From the NCBI GenBank assembly GCA_963711655.1, contig CAVQEW010000003.1, forward strand, positions 89,202 to 153,201: a stretch of DNA of 64,000 bases. Reading direction: 5' to 3'. The translations under genes were made by a program, and so were the position numbers. This stretch comes from an uncultured Actinomycetota bacterium (GTDB taxonomy: Bacteria > Actinomycetota > UBA4738 > HRBIN12). Of this stretch, positions 41,278-51,240 are shown in pieces. The first letter of the stretch is position 1. Every line of letters starts with the position of its first letter. The notes under the pieces were generated by a model, which searched no databases, was not told where the DNA came from, and saw nothing but the letters and a program-made list of their open reading frames with translations.

Positions 41278-42576
41278 ACCGCCGAGGCCACCTCCACGTG
41301 CTCTTCGCGCAGCGGGCATCGTCCGAGACGCACGTGCTCCTCGAACTCCTCCCGGAAGTGCTTGAGGCTCGAGTCGATCACCGACGCCGCGCCGTCGGCC
41401 AGGGCGCAGAAGGCGCGGAACATGATGTGTTTCCCCATGTCCGCCATGACCGGGAGGTCCTCCTCCTTGCCGTACCCGTCCGCGATCCGCCCGAGCACGC
41501 GCTCCGCCCACCACGTGCCCTCGCGACACGGCGTGCACTTGCCGCAGGACTCGTGGGCGTAGAAGCGCGGTCATCCGCTGCGCCGCGTCCACGACGCAGT
41601 CGGTGTCGTCCAGGACCATCACCGCGCCGGTCCCGAGCAGCGAACCGGCCGCCGCCACGGACTCGTAGTCGAGCGGCGTGTCGATGTGCTCCGCGGTCAG
41701 CAACGGCGTCGACGAGCCGCCCGGGGTCCACGCCTTCAACGAGCGCCCGCCCAGTACTCCCCCGGCCACGTCCTCCAGGAGCACCCGGAGCGGCGTCCCG
41801 AGCGGGAGCTCGTAGTTGCCCGGACGCTCGACCTTGCCGGAGATCGTGAAGAGCTTGGTGCCGGGTGACTTCTCCGTGCCCTGCTCGCGGAACCACTCGG
41901 GTCCGCGGACGACGATGTCCGGCACGGACATCAGCGTCTCGACGTTGTTGATCACGGTCGGCGACGCGTAGAGACCTTCGACGGCGGGGAACGGCGGACG
42001 GAGCCGCGGTTGCCCCCGGAAGCCCTCGAGAGAGTTCAGGAGCGCGGTCTCCTCGCCGCAGATGTAGGCGCCGGCGCCCCGGTGCAACACGATGTCGAGA
42101 TCGACGTCGCTCCCGGCAACCCCGGTGCCGAGGAACCCGGCGTCGTAAGCCTCGGCGATCGCCTTCTGGAGGATCAGACCCTGTGCCAGGTACTCCCCGC
42201 GGACGTAGATGAACGCGGTCCGGCAGCCGATCGCGAGCGCGGCGATCGCGGTCCCCTCCAGGAGGCGGTGCGGGTCGCGTTCGACGAGCTCGCGGTTGTT
42301 GCACGTCCCCGGCTCGGATTCGTCGAAGTTCACGGTGACGTAGGTGGGCTTGCCCGTGTCCATCGGGACGAACGACCACTTCATGCCGGTCGGGAAGCCG
42401 GCGCCCCCGCGGCCGCGCAGACCCGACGCCTTCACCGTGTCGATGATCGACGAGGGCTCCATGTTCAGCGCGTTCTTGAACGCCTCGTAGCCGCCCTTCG
42501 CGCGGTAGCCGTCGATCCCGATCACCGCGGGGTCGTCCCAGTCCCGGGTGAGCCGGCGTTCGAACGCGACGCTCAC
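41274..42576 (-). CDS. nuoF: NADH-quinone oxidoreductase subunit F (cluster 2), with an apparent frameshift near 41560
   Basis: SGLRGRGGAGFPTGMKW (FMN/NADH site), then ESCGKCTPCREG in the C-terminal piece (ORF 41274-41498). The GTG start overlaps the nuoE stop. Confidence 0.8.
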
Positions 42577-43151
42577 GATGCCGGCGCCTCCTCGAGGCCG
42601 GCGAGGACGCGCGACGCGCTCTTGAAGCTCTCCATCGCTGGTCCACCTCGCGAAGGCTCGGGGATCTCGCCGCCGCGCAGCCCCGCGATCAGCTCCCGCA
42701 TCCGTTCCGGCGTCACGTTGTCGTGGTTCGCGAAGTTGATCTGCGCGACCGGCGCGAAGTCGCAGACACCCAGGCACTCCTCTTCGTGGAGCGTGATGAG
42801 CTCGTCGTCGGACAGCTCCTGCCCGTGGCGCATCCCGGCGGCCTGGTGAGCGGCCTCGTAGACCTCGCGGGCGCCGCGGAGCATGCAGGCGAGGTTCGTG
42901 CAGACGCTCACCACGTGGGTCCCGGTGGGCCGGAGGCGATACATCGAGTAGAAGCTGGCGACGGCCTCGACCTCCGCGGTGGTGAGGTCCAGGAGGCCGG
43001 CGATCTCCTTCAGCCCCTCACGGGAGATGTGCCCCTCGACCGACTGGGCGAGGTAGAGCAGCGGCATGATGGCGGAGCGCTCACGGCCCTCGGGATAGCG
43101 GCCGAGGATCTCCTTCGCCTCCTCGAGCCGCGCTCCTTCGAACAGCGTCAT
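42573..43151 (-). CDS. nuoE: NADH-quinone oxidoreductase subunit E (cluster 2)
   Basis: 192 aa with the Cys pattern SVCTNLACMLRG...CLGVCDFAP, thioredoxin-like 2Fe-2S. Confidence 0.85.
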   Translation of the reverse strand: MTLFEGARLEEAKEILGRYPEGRERSAIMPLLYLAQSVEGHISREGLKEIAGLLDLTTAEVEAVASFYSMYRLRPTGTHVVSVCTNLACMLRGAREVYEAAHQAAGMRHGQELSDDELITLHEEECLGVCDFAPVAQINFANHDNVTPERMRELIAGLRGGEIPEPSRGGPAMESFKSASRVLAGLEEAPAS

Positions 43152-44468
43152 CAGCGGTCGACGCCTCCCATCACCGGATCGAGGGACGCGATCACGGCGA
43201 TCGCGTCGGCGATGAGGCCGCCCTCGACCATCGTGGGGACCGCCTGGAGGTTCACGAACGACGGATCCCGGATCTTGACCCGGTAGGGGCGGTACTCGTT
43301 CGCGGAGACGACGTAGTAGCCGAGCTCACCCCGGGGCGACTCCACCGCCGTGTAGACCTCGCCCTCGGGCACACGGACCCCTTGGGTGACCATCTTGAAG
43401 TGATGGATCAGGGCCTCCATCGACTCCTCCATGATGTGGTGGAGGTACGCCTCGTCGTTGCCGATGCCGTCGGGGCCGACCGAGAGCTTGACGGGCCAGC
43501 CGACCTTCGGATCCTCGATCATCACCGGGCCCGGCTCCCGCAGCCGCTCGAGCGCCTGCTCCACGATCCGCAGCGACTCCCGCATCTCCGCGATCCGGAC
43601 CAGGTAGCGCGCGTACGAGTCCGCCTCGGTCCGCACGGGCACGTCGAAGTCGTACGTCTCGTAGCCGCTGTACGGCTCGTCCTTGCGGAGGTCCACCGAC
43701 GAGCCGGCGGCGCGCAGGAGCGGGCCCGTCACGCCGAACGCGAGCGCGTCCTCGGCGGAGAGCATGCCCACGCCCACGTTGCGCTCCAGCCAGATCGGGT
43801 TGTCGTTCAGGAGCCGCTCGTAGTCGTCGATCCGCGCCGGCATGGTGTCGAGGAACTTCGCGATCCTGCGCGCGCCGTCGGACGGGCAGGTCCATGATCA
43901 CGCCCCCGGGCCGGATGTACGCGTGGTTCATCCGGAGACCGGTGACCGCCTCGAAGATGTCGAGGATCAGCTCGCGCTCGCGGAACCCGTACAGCATCAC
44001 CGAGACCGCGCCGAGCTCCATGCCACCGGTCGCGACCCAGACCAGGTGCGAGGCGATCCGGTTCAGCTCGCAGAGGAGCACGCGGAGGACCTGGGCGCGT
44101 GGCGGCGCCTCGATCCCGAGCAGCCGCTCGACCGACAGGCAGTACGCCAGCTCGTTGAAGAACGGCGAGAGGTAGTCGGCGCGCGTGACGTAGGCGACAC
44201 CCTGCACCCACGTCCGGTACTCCGTGTTCTTCTCGATGCCGGTGTGGAGGTAGCCGACGATGGGCTTGCACCGGATCACGGTCTCGCCGTCGAGCTCGAG
44301 GAGCAGGCGGAGCACCCCATGGGTCGAGGGGTGCTGCGGACCCATGTTGATGATCATCGTCTCCTGGCGGACCTCGCCGGTGGCGTCGTCGCGGATCTTC
44401 GGACCGTGTCCACGGAGCTCGTCCCGGCGGCACGCATCGTGACCCATCTCTTGACCGGTCGCCATCAC
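43151..44468 (-). CDS. nuoD: NADH-quinone oxidoreductase subunit D (cluster 2), with an apparent frameshift near 43870
   Basis: The N-terminal half is in ORF 43326-44468 ([18 protein letters not shown]). The C-terminal half is in ORF 43151-43843. Confidence 0.8.
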
Positions 44469-44965
44469 GGCATCGTCCGCTCGTCGACGGGCGGGATGAA
44501 CGCGCCGTGGTACTGCGTCCCGACGCCACCGAGCTCCTCGTCCTTGCGGAGCGGATGACCCTCCCAGTCGTCGGGGAGCAGGATCCGGTCGAGGTCGGGA
44601 TGGTCGTCGAAGACGATGCCGAACAGGTCCCAGACCTCGCGCTCGTGCCAGTTGGCCGTCGGGAAGAGCGGCGTCACCGACGGGATGTGCAGGTCATCGC
44701 CCGGGAGGCCCACCTTGAGGCGGAGACGGTGCGCGTGCTCCACCGACCGGAGCTCGTACACGACCCAGAACCGCGGCTCCCGGCCCGGATGATCCGTGGC
44801 GGTGAGGCTCGACAGGAAACGGAACGACAGGTCCGGCTGATCGCGGAGACGCACGAGCGCGTCGACGAGCTCGTCCTTCTCCACGAGGACGATCACCTCG
44901 TCGCGCGCGAGGAGCACATCGCTGAAGCCCTCACGGATCCGAGCGGCCAGCTCCTCAGCGTTCAT
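44465..44965 (-). CDS. nuoC: NADH-quinone oxidoreductase subunit C (cluster 2)
   Basis: 166 aa, 30-kDa subunit family. Confidence 0.85.
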   Translation of the reverse strand: MNAEELAARIREGFSDVLLARDEVIVLVEKDELVDALVRLRDQPDLSFRFLSSLTATDHPGREPRFWVVYELRSVEHAHRLRLKVGLPGDDLHIPSVTPLFPTANWHEREVWDLFGIVFDDHPDLDRILLPDDWEGHPLRKDEELGGVGTQYHGAFIPPVDERTMP

Positions 44966-44975
44966 CTGGGGCCCT

Positions 44976-45494
44976 TCACCGGATCGTCCCCGTGGTGCGG
45001 ACCTTCTCCTGCAGCTTCAGGATGCCGAACATCAGCATCTCCGGCTTGGGCGGGCAGCCGGGCACGTAGATGTCCACCGGCACGATCGTGTCGACGCCCT
45101 GGACGATCGCGTAGTTCGTGAACATGCCGCCGGCCGAGGCGCAGACGCCCATCGACACCACCCATTTCGGCTCGGGCATCTGGTCGTAGACCCGGCGCAG
45201 GACCGGCGCCATCTTCTGGGACACGCGGCCGGCCACGATCATGAGGTCGGCCTGTCGCGGGGACGCTCGGAACAGCTCCATCCCCCACCGCGACAGGTCG
45301 TAGCGCCCGGCGCCGGCGGACATCATCTCGATCGCGCAGCAGGCGAGCCCGAACGTCGCCGGCCACATCGACTGCTTCCGCGCCCAGCTGACGGCGCGGT
45401 CGAGGGTGGTCAGGAGCACGCCCTTGCGGACCTCGTCCTCGACCTCCTCGGGTGTCCGGCCCGTGAGGTGCCCCTCGACGCGTTCAACGGGCAC
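44976..45494 (-). CDS. nuoB: NADH-quinone oxidoreductase subunit B (cluster 2)
   Basis: GLACCAIE...MGVCASAGG...PGCPP. Confidence 0.85.
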   Translation of the reverse strand: MPVERVEGHLTGRTPEEVEDEVRKGVLLTTLDRAVSWARKQSMWPATFGLACCAIEMMSAGAGRYDLSRWGMELFRASPRQADLMIVAGRVSQKMAPVLRRVYDQMPEPKWVVSMGVCASAGGMFTNYAIVQGVDTIVPVDIYVPGCPPKPEMLMFGILKLQEKVRTTGTIR

Positions 45495-45531
45495 CGATCG
45501 TCTCCCCCTCCATCTGGCCCTCCGCCTCGCG

Positions 45532-46016
45532 TCACCCGGGGTCGGCCCCGGGTCCCTCTTCCTCCTCGTCGACCCGCAGGTCCGGCGGCACGACCGACCA
45601 GTCCAGACCGCCCTTCTTCCAGATGTAGACGTAGGCCACGAACACGAGCGCGATGAAGACCGCCATCTCGATCAGCCCGAACAGGCCGAGCTGCCGGAAC
45701 GTGACGGCCCACGGGAAGAGGAAGATCGTCTCGATGTCGAAGATGATGAAGAGCATCGCCACGACGTAGAACTTCACGCTGAACCGTTCGCCGCCCGGCA
45801 GGCGCACCGGGTCGTTGCCGCTCTCGTACGCGGAGAGCTTCGGGCGGTTCGGTCGGTGCGGCCGCAGGAGCGCCGACGCTCCCATCGAGGCCACCGCGAA
45901 GACCACGGCCAACACGGCCATCAGGAGGATGGGGAGGTAGTCGCTCAGACCCGCCGCGACGGGGAGGAGAGAGGCGAGGGCACCGCTCACACCCACGGAC
46001 GGCAATCCTACGGTCA
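45532..46016 (-). CDS. nuoA: NADH-quinone oxidoreductase subunit A (cluster 2)
   Basis: It occupies the C-terminal ~160 aa of ORF 45532-46854 (…YESGNDPV…[12 protein letters not shown]…). The GTG start overlaps the stop of the upstream reductase gene. Confidence 0.75.
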
Positions 46017-47261
46017 CGACGCGCGGGCCAGCCTCTCGAGCAGGTAGAAGAGCTTGTCCTGCGCGTCGCCGTCGCGGCCGTCCGTCAGGTTCGCCATCAT
46101 CCGCATCGCGAAGCCCATGACCTTCGGGTTGGGCAGGAGGTACTTCGTCGCGGGACCCATGATCTCGGGCTTGCCGACGACACGCGCGAACCCCCGGCCG
46201 AGGCGGAAGTAGCGCCCGTATCGCTCCCGGAGCGCCTGTGGGTACAGCATCGCGAGGCCTGGCCGGTCCTTCACGAGCGCCTCGTGGAGGAGCTCGGCCG
46301 CCATCTCCGCGGTCTCGATCGCGTAGGCGATGCCCTCTCCGTTCATCGGGTTCACGGCCCCCGCGGCGTCGCCGACCAGGAGCATCCCCGGGACCGCTTG
46401 CGGGGCGCGGTTCAAGCTCATCGGGAGCGGGCCGGAGAGCATGCGGCCGTCGGCGGTTTCCTCGGAGATGCCGCGATCGTCGGGGAGCATCGTGGCGAAG
46501 GCGTCGAACAGGCGGGTCGCGGAGATGTCCTTGAAGTTGCGGAACGTGCTGAGGAGGCCGGCGCCGAGGTTGACCCGACCGTCGGCCATCGGGAAGAGCC
46601 AGCCGTAGCCGGGCAGGAGCATGTCGCCTTCCCAGAGATCGAGCCAGGACTCGAACCAGGGGCCCCCGAGGTTGGGCGCGCGGTAGTAGCGGCGGGCGGC
46701 GATCCCGAGCGGCCGGGTGTCGTCGCGGCGGACGCCGGCGGGAGCCGCGAAGCGGCTCGCGGCGCCGTCGGCCGCGATCGTGAATCGGGCGTGGATCTCC
46801 GCCGGTTCCGCGTCGCCGTCGTCGGCCGGCACGGTCTCGGCCCCGACGACCCATCCGTCCTTCATCAGCGGCGCGCGCGCGTCCGTGGCCTCCAGGACAC
46901 GAGCGCCTGCCTTCTTCGCGCGCTCCAGCAGGAGATGGTCGAACCCGAGGCGCGGCATCACCAGGCCGTAGTTGGGCCAGGTCTGGAGCTCGGGCCAGGG
47001 AAGATCCATCGTGACGTCCTTCGAATGCACCCGGAGACCGATCACCCGCTCGAATCCGGGATCGGAGGTGTCGATGCCCATCCGCTGGACCGCGCCGACG
47101 CTTCGGGGAGTGAGCCCGTCGCCGCAGACCTTCTCTCGAGGGAACGTCGCCTTGTCGACGGCGAGGACGTCGATGCCGTGGCGGGCGAGGTGATACGCGG
47201 CCGCCGATCCGCCTGGGCCTGCGCCGACGATCAACACGTCGGTCTCGATCCGCTCCGGCAC
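46014..47261 (-). CDS. Geranylgeranyl reductase family FAD-dependent oxidoreductase (e.g. menaquinone side-chain reductase-like)
   Basis: DVLIVGAGPGGSAAAY (a dinucleotide-binding GxGxxG). The overall text is typical of the family. Confidence 0.75.
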   Translation of the reverse strand: MPERIETDVLIVGAGPGGSAAAYHLARHGIDVLAVDKATFPREKVCGDGLTPRSVGAVQRMGIDTSDPGFERVIGLRVHSKDVTMDLPWPELQTWPNYGLVMPRLGFDHLLLERAKKAGARVLEATDARAPLMKDGWVVGAETVPADDGDAEPAEIHARFTIAADGAASRFAAPAGVRRDDTRPLGIAARRYYRAPNLGGPWFESWLDLWEGDMLLPGYGWLFPMADGRVNLGAGLLSTFRNFKDISATRLFDAFATMLPDDRGISEETADGRMLSGPLPMSLNRAPQAVPGMLLVGDAAGAVNPMNGEGIAYAIETAEMAAELLHEALVKDRPGLAMLYPQALRERYGRYFRLGRGFARVVGKPEIMGPATKYLLPNPKVMGFAMRMMANLTDGRDGDAQDKLFYLLERLARAS

Positions 47262-47341
47262 GCGAACCTCCCCTCAGGAGCCCCGTCGGGCGCTCGTGAA
47301 ACCTTTCACAAGCAGCCTATCGCACAGATGTCACGGCGTGC

Positions 47342-47953
47342 TCACGAGGATCCGAGCAGCGGCAGGCCGACGTCCTCCACGAGCCGCGCGATGCCCTCCA
47401 TCATGTCGAAGACGGCCTCGGCCTCCGAGCGCTCGGGGTCGAGCCGGCTCATCAGCTCGATCCCCAGGAACATCGCGCAGATCGTGTACGCGGCTTCCCG
47501 CACCGGCACGACCGTCGAGAGCGGGGACCCCTCGGTCGCCCGCTCCAGCGCGTCCTGGACGAGTCGGATCCAGCCGTCGAACCGCTCGAGGAGCGCCGCG
47601 CGCTCCTCCGGCTCCGACGCCGCCGCCATGAGCTGGGTGATCGCCGTGACCGCCCCGCTCTCGAGATCCTCCTGATGCAGGCGGCGCGCGATCCGCACGA
47701 GGTCGGAAAGCGAGGAGACCTCGGCCGCGGCGGCGCGGTACTTCTCGATCTGTCGCGTCGAGGCCTCCGCGAACGCCTCGTGGAGGAGCTGATCGAGCGA
47801 ACCGAAGTGATAGAAGATCAGCGCCTGGTTGAAGCCACCCGTGCGCGCGATCGCTCTGGCGGTCGTGTCCGCGAACCCCGCCTCCTGGACCGTGCGCAGG
47901 GTGGCTTCGATGATGCGATCTCGGGTCGACCGCTCGACCCGTGGTTCCGTCAT
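47342..47953 (-). CDS. TetR family transcriptional regulator
   Basis: The HTH region is RDRIIEATLRTVQEAGFADTTARAIARTGGFNQALIFYHFGS. The start is taken at MTEPRV. The ORF track extends upstream spuriously. Confidence 0.75.
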   Translation of the reverse strand: MTEPRVERSTRDRIIEATLRTVQEAGFADTTARAIARTGGFNQALIFYHFGSLDQLLHEAFAEASTRQIEKYRAAAAEVSSLSDLVRIARRLHQEDLESGAVTAITQLMAAASEPEERAALLERFDGWIRLVQDALERATEGSPLSTVVPVREAAYTICAMFLGIELMSRLDPERSEAEAVFDMMEGIARLVEDVGLPLLGSS

Positions 47954-48396
47954 GCGTCCTCCCACGAGAACCGCATGTCGTCGCAATAGGTGCAGTCGTC
48001 GTCCCCGTGGATCGCACGGCTCCAACGGCCACGCCGTTTCGAGATGGACATGAAGAATCGCTCGGCATGGGGCGCGAACGCGGGGCGCGAGAGCCGGTAG
48101 GACCACGGCCGGTAGCGCGCCGTGGCCCATAGGCAGACGAGGAACGCGGCCGCGCCGACCCAGCCGCGGCCGCGGTCGTCGAACACCACGAGCTCGCTGC
48201 CGAGCCACGGCACCGAGCCGTAGCGCTGTCGCGCCTCGGTCGAGCCCGCCGCGAGCAACTCCACCTCCACCAGGCACGGCTGGCCGAGCAGCCAGTCGCG
48301 GCAGCGGAGGCAGAAGCGGCACCGCTCGTCGTAGAGGACGGTCAGCCGTTGCGTGCCTTCCACCGAAGCGGGTCCGACGGTCGTCGGGGCGTCCAT
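47950..48396 (-). CDS. DCC-family (DUF393) thiol-disulfide oxidoreductase
   Basis: LTVLYDERCRFCLRCRDWL. Confidence 0.65.
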   Translation of the reverse strand: MDAPTTVGPASVEGTQRLTVLYDERCRFCLRCRDWLLGQPCLVEVELLAAGSTEARQRYGSVPWLGSELVVFDDRGRGWVGAAAFLVCLWATARYRPWSYRLSRPAFAPHAERFFMSISKRRGRWSRAIHGDDDCTYCDDMRFSWEDA

Positions 48397-48403
48397 CGTC
48401 GCC

Positions 48404-48829
48404 TCACTTCCCGCCGGCGGAACCCGCGGCCGGCGCCGGCGGCATGAACACCTGCGGGGCGATCGGGGCAGGGAGCTGACGCTGCTCGCGCCGGGCGCGG
48501 ATCCGCCAGAAGACGAGCACGTTGAGGAAGTGCATCCCCGCCAGGGTCACGAGCAGGACCGCCAGCCGGTTCACGAGGAACTGGACCGCTTCGAACACGT
48601 CGAGCCCCCGTGCCGCCCGCAGGATGTAGAGGGCGTACCCGAGGTTCAGCATGTAGAAGCCGACCACCAAGAGCCGGTTGACCGCGTCGGCCAGCTCGGG
48701 CCGGTCGACGAACACGTCGTGCAGGAACGCCACCCCGCTGCGGAAGAGCGTCCTCGCGAGCCACGCCGTCAGCGCGGTCGCGATCACGATGTAGATGCCG
48801 TACACGACGATCGCGTTGCTGTCCGTCAT
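48404..48829 (-). CDS. Hypothetical membrane protein
   Basis: 141 aa with 3–4 hydrophobic helices. No family was recognised. Confidence 0.4.
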   Translation of the reverse strand: MTDSNAIVVYGIYIVIATALTAWLARTLFRSGVAFLHDVFVDRPELADAVNRLLVVGFYMLNLGYALYILRAARGLDVFEAVQFLVNRLAVLLVTLAGMHFLNVLVFWRIRARREQRQLPAPIAPQVFMPPAPAAGSAGGK

Positions 48830-48923
48830 CGCTGCTCACCTCCTGTGTCTTTGAGCGTTTGCTTTGAGCATCTGCTCAAACCCTAGCAGGGTGGGCTCCA
48901 GGTCGCAACCCGTGGAGATCGAC

Positions 48924-49349
48924 TCAGCCGTGGTCCCAGGCATCGACGACGGCGGGGACCACGCGGAGGAACCCCAGCTGCGGGATCGCGGCGGTGAACC
49001 GCTCGAAGCCGTCGCCGGAGAACAGGGAGCGGTACTTCTCGTGCCAGGCGGACATCGGTTGGCGGAGATCCGGATGCTCGGCGGGAAGGAGCTCGGCCAC
49101 GCCTTCGATCCGCACGCCCGAGAGGTCGTTCCACTCTCGCCCGCGGTCGACCAGGAGCGAGATCCGGGCGTCGTGCTCGAGGGCTTCCCAGGTCGAGTCG
49201 CCGACGCGCGTGGCGACGTACAGCGCATCGGTCTGCCAGACGAACCAGCGGGTCGCGATGTGCGGGCCGCCGTGCGGACGGACCGTCGCCACGCGGCACA
49301 CCGGATGGTCGCGGAAGAGCCGGCGGAGCATCTCGAGGTCTTCGGTCAC
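48924..49349 (-). CDS. Pyridoxamine 5'-phosphate oxidase family protein (possibly F420-dependent)
   Basis: 141 aa. The PNPOx-like pattern is VCRVATVRPHGGPHIATRWFVWQTDALYVAT. Confidence 0.6.
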   Translation of the reverse strand: MTEDLEMLRRLFRDHPVCRVATVRPHGGPHIATRWFVWQTDALYVATRVGDSTWEALEHDARISLLVDRGREWNDLSGVRIEGVAELLPAEHPDLRQPMSAWHEKYRSLFSGDGFERFTAAIPQLGFLRVVPAVVDAWDHG

Positions 49350-50215
49350 ATCGCCACCTCGTCCGCGAGGTCGAGGAGCGCCGCGATGGCCGCCGGCGGC
49401 ACGACGTCCGGATCGAGCGACGACTTCGCTTCCGCGACGAGCCGGTTCACCGTGTCCGGGCTGATGCCCGATGCCGCCTCACCGTCCTCCAGGTCGTCCC
49501 GGAGCTGGAACGCCTCGCCGAGTGGCCGGCCGAAGCGTGCGAGACACTCCCCCACCGGCGACGCTTCCTCCGCGAAGGCGGACGCCGATCAGGAGCGGCC
49601 CCTCCACGGTGTAGCGACCGCCCTTGCGTGCGGCGACTCGACGGGCGTCCTCGGGACCACCGCTGGCGATCGATCTTCGCAAGCCCAGGTACTGGCCGAT
49701 CGCCATGTCCTCGCGCATCGGGTGATACACGGCGAGGGCCCGAGCGAGCGCGTCCGAGGGGAACCCGGCCTCGAGGAGCAGCCGGTCGGCGAGCACCGCG
49801 GCGAGATCTCCGACCAGGATCGCGATCGCCTCACCGAACGCCTCCGGCTCGCCTCGTGCTTCGAGCTCCTCCGCTCTTGTCCGCGAACCAGGTGGCCGTC
49901 GTGGGCACGCCGCGCCGCTCCTTCGCCCCGTCGATCAGGTCGTCGTGCACGAGCGCCATCGTGTGGAGGAGCTCGAGCGCGGCAGCGGCCCGCACGATCG
50001 GCTCGTCGGGTGCCGCGTGATCCTCGCCGCCTGCCGCGCGGTAGCCCCAGTAGCAGAACGCGGGGCGGAGGCGCTTGCCTCCGGCCTCCACGAGACGCCG
50101 GATCTCCTCCACCAGCGGCTGGGCCGCGGGGTCGTCCCGCTGCACATCTCGGAGTCGTTCGTCGAGGAAGGCCATCAGGGCCGCGTCGATCCGCGAGCGG
50201 AGATCCCCGGTCATG
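49346..50215 (-). CDS. Polyprenyl synthetase (GGPP-synthase-like), in at least three frame pieces
   Basis: ORF 49831-50391 carries LHTMALVHDDLIDGA (the first DDxxD). ORF 49479-49796 carries the middle. ORF 49346-49555 carries FQLRDDLED (the second motif). Confidence 0.65.
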
Positions 50216-50272
50216 GCGGCAGTATCGCAAGGGCGGCGCCCTCCGGAGGCGGGGCTATCATCGGGCGTCACG

Positions 50273-51240
50273 ATGCTCTTCACGCGTCCGCGCTTCCGGT
50301 CCCTCGCGCTCATCTCGGCGATCGCCACGATCGTGTTGTTCGCGATCGGCGGGCTCGTCCGCGGGACCGGCTCCGGCCTCGGATGCTCCACGTGGCCGGC
50401 CTGCGAGCCCGGTCACCTCTTCCCGTCCGGGACGGTCCATTCGCTGATCGAGTTCTCCCATCGCTCGATGGCGTTCCTCGTGGCCGTGCTGACGGCGCTC
50501 ACCGGCCTCGCCGCGATGCGCGTGGTGCGTCGCGAGCCCGGCCTCTTCTGGCCCGCGGTCCTGGCGTTCCCGCTCGTCCTCGCTCAGGCCGGGCTCGGCG
50601 CCGTGGTGGTCGCAACCGAGCTCGACCCCTGGTGGGTCACCGCCCACTTCGTGACCGCCCTGCTCTTGATCGCCGACGTGACCGTCGTCGCGGCTGCGAC
50701 CCGGGCGGGGCAGACGGGGGACGCGGGCGCCCCCAGCGAGACAGGGGGCGGGCGGGCGTTCTCACGACTCGCCCTCGTCACGGCCACCGGCGTCGGCATC
50801 CTGCTCCTGGTCGGCACCTACGTGCGCGCGAGCGACGCGCAGCTCGTGTTCACGGACTGGCCTCTGATGGACGGGAGGCTGGTGCCGACGCTCGGGGGCG
50901 CCGCCACCGCGATGTTCCTGCACCGCGCGCTCGCCGCGATCGTGATGCTGCTGGTCCTGTGGACCGCGATCCGGGCGCGAACCGCCGCTCCCCAGGAGGC
51001 GATCCTCGTCCGACTCTCCTCGGTCGCTCTCGTGCTCTTCGTCGGCCAGATCATGGTCGGCGCGGCCAACGTCTGGACGCGGCTCCGGCCCTGGGCGGTC
51101 GTCGCCCACGTGGCGCTGTCCGTCTTGATCTGGGCCACGGTCGTCGCGCTCGCGACCGTCTCGAGGGTCCGACGCGGGATCTCGGACCCGGAGCCGAACG
51201 AGGACGACGTGGCGGTCGCGCGAGCGCCCCTCGCTCCGCG
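50273..51240 (+). CDS. ctaA: Heme A synthase (CtaA/COX15 family). The reading frame runs on, and the downstream ctaB N-terminus has no start of its own, so the two may be fused.
   Basis: MLFTRPRFRSLALISAIATIVLF... has multiple TM helices with conserved His/Cys (GCSTWPACEPG). It lies inside ORF 50075-52177. Confidence 0.75.

Noticed and set aside
39304-42777. 1157-aa ORF that looks like a nuoF-nuoG fusion
   Set aside because: It is a concatenation of NuoF (N-terminal part) and NuoG by frame read-through without stops. Both genes have their own conserved termini in adjacent frames, and the nuoG start MTDVTLTVDGKE sits inside the ORF.
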